DNA of 64,000 bases from Octopus sinensis. Its lineage: Eukaryota. The notes below the pieces were generated by a model. That model had not been told where the DNA came from. It was given only the letters and a program-made list of their open reading frames with translations, and did not search any database. This document shows, one piece after another, positions 54,769 through 64,000 of this stretch (positions are counted from its first letter, which is position 1; each line of letters begins with the position of its first letter). The stretch spans positions 69,192,001-69,256,000 of the forward strand of contig NC_043001.1 in NCBI RefSeq assembly GCF_006345805.1, read 5' to 3'. A program made the position numbers and the translations under genes.

Positions 54769-54771
<3 letters not shown>
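54500..54771 (-). mobile_element. Non-autonomous Helitron-like 5' region H2 (second copy about 8740-9000, + strand)
   Basis: A|TCTACATATATATAAAACTGAGAATG(TG)(TCTG)n start with a canonical 5' TC. About 250-bp homology to 8745-8995. Confidence 0.6.
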
Positions 54772-54850
<79 letters not shown>

Positions 54851-56821
54851 AGATATATAAGATACTTCCATCTGATTTTGTGTTGTGATTTGATTTTGCA
54901 TCTTGTCTCTGGTATTGATCTTTGTTTCTTTTATATTTCTTTGTATTTTCATGATTGAGACTTTCGCCTTATGTACGCGGTGTTTCAATGCGCTATATTT
55001 AATAAATTTTTTCATACTACATTCGCCAACTTTTGTTACGATAAAGTCTTTCTAGTAAGCATTATTCTCTGTTCTGGCGGAATTTATGTTGTAGCTACAT
55101 ACATTTGGAATACACTTGATCTCAAAATGTGTAAATAAGTATATTATCAGATGTATGCAGTTACATATTCAACATCATATCTTATGGATTTGAGATTTAT
55201 ACAGTCTCTGCATATTAATTTAATCTTTATTTTTAATGTATCATAAGTTTCTCCTACGTTGCTAATATATGCCGGGATTTGGTTGTGGTTCTGTAAGTTT
55301 CAGACTAGTTCTGATAATGTAGATGTATTTCTGTTTTGCTAATGTACACCGAGTATGGGAGGATAAGGTTGTAGCACCAGACCAGAAGTGATTCTGGAGG
55401 TTTGTCCCATGTTGTAGCAATATATATCGGGATGTGTTTGTGTTATTAGATCAGTACTGATCATTGAGGTGTATCTTCTGTTGAGCCAATATATGTTGGG
55501 AAGTGATTAATGTTTCTGAAGCTGCAGACCGGCATCTATCATGTAGTTCTAAAGTCAAGATTGTTCTAGTCATGATACATATATTACAGCATGAACTTTC
55601 GTACTAAATAGCTTCATTAAGTTTCCATGCAGAGCATCCGTTCTGATCTTTAAGGCATTTTAAAGATACTTTTGATTCTTGAAATACAAATGCGTAAACC
55701 AGGTGTAAACCATGCGTGTTTCCCATTACCAGGAATGAGAAATGTTCATCGTGGCCTAGGTGAAATATTTAACAGACCTCCGAGCAAACGTCTCGAAGAT
55801 CGAAGTGGTTGCTGGCACTATACTGAAAGAATACGAAATAAAAACGAGTTTCGTATGACTATGAGCACTCTGGGTACTGTTTAGATACTTACCTTGGATT
55901 ATAGCCGACGTTCCATGTGTAGGACTTGAGGCTGATTTACTCAAAGGCTTACACTCCTCATCCAGAAACAGTGAAAGCGGAGATCGTCTCCATCAAAAAC
56001 TTTCAACCTAAACTAAATTACTTAGCGCCAGTGAGCATCTCAACACACTCCAGCGTCTCTCTTTTTGTGGATGGAATGTTTTCCACTAAACAGGAGCTCC
56101 CTCTACTGCTAATATAATATGCGGACATTATTTGTAGAACATGCTTTTTTCCTTGAATTGTACCTTTGATGGGGCGCTTGTCTCGGAATATAGCCCTTAC
56201 CCCTCGAGCGATTGTTCCAGCGGTACGTCGTATTCCAAGGAAAGCAGAAGATTAATTGTGAGGAAGCGTGATAATATTCTCGGGAACACTCTAGACGTAC
56301 AAAAATGTGAAAGTACTTTGGAGTTGGAGAGAGCATCTGATTTTGAGAGTATGATGGATCTTGCATTTCATCGAATACATATTTCTGAATACTCCTCTTT
56401 CTCCCCTTAATGTCTGTTTCGTGGTTATAACCGGCTTTGAACAGACACAGCTAAACATATACTAAGGAATTTATTTATAATATGAATGTCTAAGTGAGTG
56501 TGCATGTGTTTCAGTGTATGTGTGAGTGTGCATGTGTTTCAATGTATGTGTGAGTGTGAGTGTGTGTGCATGTGTGTGTACGTGTTTGTGTGTGCACTTA
56601 TCTTGTTATATAATAATTGTGAACGACCATCGCCGTCAGGCATGTTCTTTCTCAGTCTTCTCCGAAAACATGTCCAACCTTGGGGAAGTGTTATCGTACT
56701 TTGAAACAGGCAATAGTTGGGGATTTGAAGTGCATCTGACCATGGAAAATCTTCCTCAGCAGAATTCTTTCAGACCCATGCATTCATGGAAAAGGGGACG
56801 TTAATCGATGATAATATATAA

Positions 56822-56935
<114 letters not shown>

Positions 56936-57572
56936 GTATGTGCATAAATATGGATGCATCGGTAAGTGCACATGTATGTGTGTATTTTGAGTATGTATGA
57001 AACAGGTGGGAGAGCAGCCATATGAGTGCTATCACCATTCTGATGAATATATTATCCATATCAATGTAACTCCAACATTTTGTGTTCTGCGTATTGTATA
57101 TATTGGAGAGAACGTTAATCCCATCCTATTATATAAAGAGCTGTTAGATATTCAATATAACCACAGGGGCACCATAATGGTATACAGGTATTTGAAAGTA
57201 TTGATTACGTTAGAACGTATGTTATGAATCACGTTGAGAGTCTCAATGCAGAAGGCAAATGCAAATGCAATGATCCTTGGGACTTCTAAAGAATTTTGGT
57301 AAATGTTTATGGGAATATCGTCACATAAATATTTCTGTTTTTAAGATTTTAAGGTTCAATGGAATTTACAGATCTATAAAACTCGACAAACACTGGAGCC
57401 CTAAATGTATAACTATATAAATATATAGATATGTTTGTACGTTCGTACGTACATATTAGTGTATGTATATATGTATACTTTTTTGCGTATATACATATAT
57501 AAAAACACGCATATACACACTATATATATGTATATGTATATACAAATATATGCTAAATATACACATATACAG

Positions 57573-57619
<47 letters not shown>

Positions 57620-58999
57620 CGCGTACACATACATATGCCTGTGAATGTACTTTTGTAATTATATATGTAAATAAATACACACACACGCACAAACATGCGC
57701 ACGGACACATATGCACTCATACACATTTCCACACACTCTTCTCCGTGTACTGTAGATTGTATTTCAATGTTTCGTGCATATCTCATATTAAACTGCATTG
57801 TTAACTCATATATCATACTTAATATACATTTCAAATGATGTTCCCAGTGCAGTGGCCATGAATCGATCGTTTAAAATGCATGAGATTCAAATGTAACATA
57901 TAAAGTTTTGAATTAAGCGGCAACAGACTTATAGAAATGATGCCAAAAGAGAATATCTTGATCCTTCGCAACGTTTAATATGCAATTTGTGGAGTTTATA
58001 GAAAATTTTCACTCTCTTACCCTTGAGCTTGCCGACTGTGAATGTCTCGGCTCTGGAGGGAATTGTCACAAGATTCCGTTTCACTAGCAAAAATAATGAA
58101 TAAATTTGCTGCGCAATAGTCAAACCATGACGTCATTATTGTGCGCCAGACAAACAGCACCGTAATATGGCAGAATTGTCCACTCCAGGACAGTTGCGAG
58201 CACAGTTCTGTAAACCGAGGGGTAGATATGTTGCTTCAACCGCTTCCGAACCCGGAGTATATAATAACAATTGCTGGGCACAGAATTCTGTTAAACACAC
58301 AGTTAAGAGTGTTGACGAATGGATTGCTAAGGTGATGTCACCTTCTGCGAACATATTGTTGCAGATGTATAAATTTCTACGACCTTCGGTATATTTAACC
58401 ATGACAATGTTATCCTTGACTTGCAAATATATTCCAGAACGAGTGGCGAATGTATTTTACCTTCGTAAGAACATTGATCAATCTAAAGTTTTCACATTAC
58501 CGAGCGATGTCAACTAGCGTCTAAAATATTTAGAGCCAGTTTTGATTTTGCCTTAAGTGCTTAGCTAAATGCAGTTCATAATAGAATCTGAGCCGTAGCC
58601 AAATAAAAAGGTACTTTTCGGTATACTTTCGGCCTACACAATCAGTCTATGCACGGTAACTTGTGTTCTCTCTCCTCTCTCCTCATGCTCCAGATTCTTC
58701 CTATTTCAAATTTTAAAGGATTATATTTCTTTGTTTTTCGTCCTCTTTCTTTACGATCCTGGAATCAAATGAGCGTGATGGGTCGATCAGTAAGCCATTT
58801 TGATTTTCCTTATCTGTAATTGTTATGTCCGCTCTATGACAATTATTATTATCGCTTTACTTCTCAGAATGTTCAGTCTTGTTTATTCTTATAGTTTGTG
58901 TGAGAGTGGACAGCAGCCTGCTGTCAGAGGTTTCATAACGTATATTTCTGCAAATTATAAGCTTTGATACTTGGTTGTTAATTATCATGGGAGATACTC

Positions 59000-59640
59000 A
59001 ACATCAAAATACCAGTCTTAAAATTCTAGCTGTACCAAACAGAGCAGATTTGGGAGCTTGCTTTGCTCTCATGTCAAATCCAATTTTTAAAAATATATTT
59101 CTTGAACTTGGTTGTTAGTGCTCCGGGTTCCCCTACAACTTCTGGAATGACAGACACTCTCCTCATAAGTCTACATTCTTGCAATTTTGCCTTTTAGTAG
59201 TCTGTACTTTTCAATCTTTTCTACTTCTTTGTCACTTATGCGTGCATCTCCAGGTATTGTATATCTATGATCTTGGTTTCTTTTTGTCCCTCATGTACCA
59301 CAACAGTATCTGGTCTCCGAGCCTCCATTAGGGAGTCACATTGGTTTGTAAAATCCAACAGTAGCTTATGTTCCTTATTCTCCTTCTGGTTCATGTTCGT
59401 ACCATTTACGTGCTCTGTTCAGGCCGTACTTTTCGCACAGCCTTCAGTGGACGAACTTATCCACGTTCTGGTGCCTCCTTTTATAGTGTATCTTGTAGTG
59501 TATTTGAGCCAGCTTGCTATACTCACTCACAATACGTGAGATTGTTTCATTTCTGCTGCCAAACATCATACTCGTATCTATTTGAAATTAGTTCTCAGAG
59601 GTTGTTCCTGGGTGCTGCATATCAAGACATAAGTACATCC
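59000..59640 (-). mobile_element. Degenerate R4/Dong 3' fragment (knuckle remnant and RLE)
   Basis: Manual translation across frameshifts: AAQEQ, VSEYSKLAQ, LCEKYGLNRARKWYEHEP, RRPDTVVV, IPGDARISDKEVEKIEKY, LFGTARIL. Confidence 0.8.
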
Positions 59641-59748
59641 TCTTACATTACATTTCCTTAACTATTTTCAAGTGTTGAACTTGTCTTTTCCTCCTCCTTC
59701 TCCTCCTCTACATTATTATTATTATCGCTACCATTACTATTATTATTT

Positions 59749-60252
59749 TATGTTTGACATTTGCTTTGCAGTTATACAAGTTGGCGCCAAATCTCACCCA
59801 TGTTAATGTTATGCCTCGTGTGCCATACATTCGGTTTTGCGGATAGTATTGTTCTAGGGAATGTTTAAGAAATGAAGAAAATTATGAGTTTGTTTTAAAA
59901 TTTGAGATTACATAGAAATTATGATACATAGGATATGGGCAGTTCCCATGAGCATTATCTTTTGAATTTCTGCAATTTTGGGCTTTCTGGTATCTGAGCT
60001 AGTTAGCAATCAGCCCGTTTTGATATCATTCCTAGGGCACATATGACAACAGGTATTGCTTTAGTCTTCAGGTTACACATTTTGCTAATTTCTATTTCAA
60101 GATCTTTATACTTGCTTAGTTTTTGATAGGTCTTGACAGATACATTTATATCGATTCGGACAGTCATGTCAATGAGAAGGCATGGCTTTTGTCTGAAGTC
60201 TTTCAATGTAATGTCTAGTCATATCAATGTGGAGGCAAGATTTTTGTCTGAA
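59749..60252 (-). mobile_element. R4/Dong 3' fragment (RLE domain and 3'UTR)
   Basis: DITLKDFRQKPCLLIDMT...KLSKYKDLEIEI...LMGTAHIL. 3' end is homologous to 4126-4177, so same subfamily as the 3448 copy. Confidence 0.88.
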
Positions 60253-60267
60253 ATATCATCATCATCA

Positions 60268-60334
<67 letters not shown>

Positions 60335-60336
60335 CA

Positions 60337-60402
<66 letters not shown>

Positions 60403-60441
60403 TTATTATTATTATCATTGTTATTATTATTATTATTATTA

Positions 60442-60478
<37 letters not shown>

Positions 60479-60510
60479 CATTGTTATTATTATTATTATT
60501 ATTATTATCA

Positions 60511-60554
<44 letters not shown>

Positions 60555-62838
60555 TTCAGTAGTTTTATTTTTATTTTTATAGCGTGCTTTCACTTCACTA
60601 CCGAGCGCAGCTCTGTGTGCCTTGGGTATGTGCTGTGATTTGTTGTGATGCTCTGATGGTTATTGTATGGAAAGTGTTCTGCGTAGGATGTGTGCAGTGC
60701 CTAGTAGTGCAATTTTCTGTATGTTATATGTGTTTGTAAGTCCTGGTTTTTTTGTTATGTATTTGTCTGAATATTTTTTTATCATGCCTAATGCACCTAC
60801 TATGATAGGAATTGTTTCTGTTTTCAGATTCCACATTCTAGTTACCTCTATTTCCAGGTCTTTGTATTTTGAGAGTTTCTCCATTTCTTTTAGAGACACG
60901 TTGTCATCTGCCGGTACTGATACATCAATTAGAAAGCATTTTTTTTTCTTCATGGTCTCTGACAACTATATCTGGTCTGTTGGCCTTAATTTCTCTATCT
61001 GTGTGTATCGGCATATCACAGAGTATGGTTGCTTTCTCGTTTTATGTGACCTTTTCTGGTGTGTGCCTATACCATCTTTTTTCTGTTGTTATTCCATAAT
61101 GTTGGCATAGCTTCCAATGTATGTAAGTTCCAACTCTGTCGTGTCTGTGAATATATTCCTTCTTAGCCAGGACTGGGCAGCTAGAGATAATATGATTTAT
61201 TGTTTCTTGTCCATCTCCACATATTCTGCAGTTACTTGTAATATTTCTTTTCATTACATGTTTTTGGTAATTTCTGGTGGGGAGGCTTTGGTCTTGTGCT
61301 GCAATTAAAAATCCCTCTGTTTCTGCTTTGAGTCCTGAGCTTCTCAACCATTGCTGGGATTTTTCTTTGTCTATTTCTTTTGCGTTTAGTTTAGTCCAGT
61401 ATTTACCATGAAGGGGCTTTTCTTGCCATCGTTTTATCATGGTTCGTTGCTGTTCTATTTTTAGTTTGGATTTCATTTTTTTTATAGCTTTTGTTGTTTC
61501 TTCATCTTCTTCTTCTTCTTCTTCATGTTTATTAGGTGGTATGATTTCTTGTTTGTATTTGTCAGCTTCCTTAAATACTGAGAACAGTTTTTTGTTTTGC
61601 TCGTGTTTTGCCGCTATCTGGATCAGTTTTCCTTCCTTCTGAAGTAGATATTTTTGCAGTCCTATGGTGGTTATTTTATAGTAGTTTTCCAGCTGTATAA
61701 GGCCTCTACCACCTTCTATACGTTGTATATATAGTCTTTCTATGTCAGATTTTGGGTGATGCATCCTAGATCCTGTCATTATTTTTCTTGTTTTCCTGTC
61801 TATTTTGGTCAGTTCATTTCGTGTCCAGTTAAGGATATTGTAGCTGTAACTTATAACTGGGACAGCTAAAGTGTTGATACCTATTATCTTGTTTTTAGCA
61901 TTGAGCTCTGTGTTTACTATTGATCTAACTCGTCTATAATATTCTTTTTTTATTTTCTCTTTCATTTGTGTGTGTTGTGTCTTATCTAGTTCATGGATTC
62001 CTAAGTATTTGTAAGTTTGGCTTTGGTCTAATTCTTTTATTTCATTTGCTTCATCTAGTGTGATGTTGTTACTCTTAACTAGTTTTCCTCTTTTCATGGT
62101 TACTTTGGCGCATTTTTCTAATCCAAATTTCATATCTATTTCTTTGGTAAATCCATGAACTGTCTTTAATAGTGTTTCCAGCTGTTTGTCATTTGCAGCG
62201 TATAGTTTTAGGTCATCCATATATAAAAGGTGGCTGATCGTTTTGCCGTAACATTTATATCCGCATCCAGTTCTATTTAGCATATCAGATAGAGGTGACA
62301 GTGCCAAGCAGAAAAGGAGTGGAGAGAGCGTATCTCCCTGGAATATTCCTCTTCTAATGGGGATGTCTTTGGTTTTCATGAGTCCCTCTTTTGTTTGGAA
62401 GTGTAGGACTGTTTGCCATTTATTCATAGAGTGCTCTATGAATTTTATGATTGTTGGTGCTACTTTGTTAATGGCTAGTGTTTCGAGGAGCCATGTGTGG
62501 GGGATGCTATCAAACGCCTTTTTGTAGTCAATCCAGGCCATACTGAGGCCTTTCTTCTTTCTGTGGCTGTCTTCAGTTATGGCTTTATTAATCATTAGTT
62601 GATCTTTACAGCCATATGAGCCTTTGCGGCATCCTTTCTGCTCTTCTGGGAACAGTTTGTTTTCGTCCAGGTGCTTGTTCAGCCTTTGTGATATCACTGC
62701 AGTAAATGCCTTGAACATAGTAGGGAGGCAGGTTATTGGTCTGTAGTTTTCTGGTTTTTCTGTTTCATTTGATTTGGGAATTAAGATGGTTTTCCCCTTC
62801 GTGAGCCATTCAGGCATTGTCTCTGGCTCTGCTAGTAC
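60555..62838 (-). mobile_element. R4/Dong-type non-LTR retrotransposon, 5'-truncated, young: RT, CCHC knuckle, restriction-like endonuclease, 3'UTR
   Basis: 598 open codons with NYRPITCL, QKGC, WIDYKKAFDS, GIFQGDTLSP, LLYMDD, FGLEKC, YKYLG and CRICGDGQETINHIISSC. After a TAA stop (61042-61044) and a +1 slip in an A9 run it continues RPDIVV...FLIDVSVP...EKLSKYKDLE...LGTAHILRR. (TAA)n on both sides. Confidence 0.92.
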
Positions 62839-62839
62839 G

Positions 62840-62942
<103 letters not shown>

Positions 62943-63217
62943 ATTTGATGCGGAACACATCGGAGGTGTTTTCGAACGATCCAAATAAGTTTCAGGAAGC
63001 TATTACTGGTTTTATATGGTTATGTACTCCTCAGAGGGCGATTTTTGGCCCACGAGATAAATTCGGTGGGCGTTAAAATTTAATGGAATCAATATATTCA
63101 ACAAAATGGCGGAACCAATTTGGATATAGATGAAGACCTCCCTCCCCTTCCTTCTGTCACGGAAAAAATACAGGGGAAGAGGAGGAAGAGAAGAACAAGA
63201 CTGACATGGTACAAAGT

Positions 63218-63587
63218 GCCACTCCATCGGTTGCGACGACGAGGGTTCCAGTTGATCCGACCAGCGGAACAGCCTGATCGTGAAATTAACGTGCAAGTGG
63301 CTGAGCACTCCATAGACACGTATACCTTTAACGCAGTTCTTTGGGAGATTCAGCATGTGACAAGGATGGCCCTTTGAAATACTGGTACAACAGAAACAGC
63401 AAGAAAGAGTGAGAGAAAGTTGTGGTGAAAGAGTACAGCAGGGTTCACCACCACCCTCTGCCGGAGCTTCGTAAAGCTTTAGATGTTTTCGCTCAATAAA
63501 CACTCACAACGCCCGGTCTTGGAATCGAAACCGCGGTCCTACGACTGCGGGACCGCTGTCATAACCACTGGGCCATTGCTCCTCCAG
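63218..63587 (-). mobile_element. tRNA-derived SINE, full length, 11-bp TSD
   Basis: A box TGGCCCAGTGG, B box GTTTCGATTCC. TSD TGGTACAAAGT at 63207-63217 and 63588-63598. Confidence 0.88.
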
Positions 63588-64000
63588 TGGTACAAAGTAC
63601 AACGCACAGTAACAACAATAGTAGCAGAAACATTAACAGGGCTAGAAATGACATCAGCAGCAGCCGCAGCAGTAGTAGTAGTGAGAGCAGCAACAACCGC
63701 GAAAAAGAAAGCAACAGCATTGACAGTGGCGATAGCAACAAAAGTAACAACAACAACAACGAGAGCAAAAGTAACAACAGCAACATCGATAAGAACGTCA
63801 ACGGCAGCAGCAACAGCGACAACAGCAAAAACAACAACAAAAACAATACAAATAAAAACATCAAAAATAGTATTGTAGCAACAGTAGCAGCCAAGCCCTA
63901 AAACCGATATACCGTAGACCTCACAAATAGGGAAGAGAAACTTCCAGAGGCATGGAAACTAATTAAAGAAGAGAACAATTGGGCAAATCTGACACTGGCA

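Noticed and set aside
55300-55560. YIGSTEDT on the minus strand as a GIY-YIG remnant
   Set aside because: Single short motif with no supporting flanking residues.
55885-55900. ATACTTACCT resembling the U1 snRNA 5' end
   Set aside because: Similarity stops after 10 nt. Better explained as a minus-strand splice donor or chance.

Overview
AT-rich, microsatellite-saturated eukaryotic DNA. The SINE families and repeat content suggest an octopus/coleoid cephalopod (inference). Only one host coding exon is supportable: the first coding exon (N-terminus, TM1, TM2) of a D2-like dopamine receptor on the minus strand (33063-32458), ending in a canonical GTAAGT donor. I found no later exon, so the next intron is probably longer than 32 kb. 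The rest is intronic or upstream sequence full of TE relics: six R4/Dong-type (restriction-like endonuclease) LINE pieces all at (TAA)n tracts, three RTE-clade pieces, three Tc1/mariner pieces, a Penelope GIY-YIG fragment, two diverged L1/Tx1-like ORF1 relics, Helitron-like fragments and several tRNA-derived SINE families with shuffled modules. The best novelty candidate is at 37.1-37.9 kb, about 4-5 kb upstream of the receptor ATG. It holds a Pol III tRNA head, a (TAA)n spacer and a tail carrying a minimal type I hammerhead ribozyme fold, plus an inverted partial copy and an adjacent perfect 71-bp inverted repeat. A second, degenerate hammerhead lies at 52.55 kb. All family assignments come from motif recognition by eye; no searches were run.
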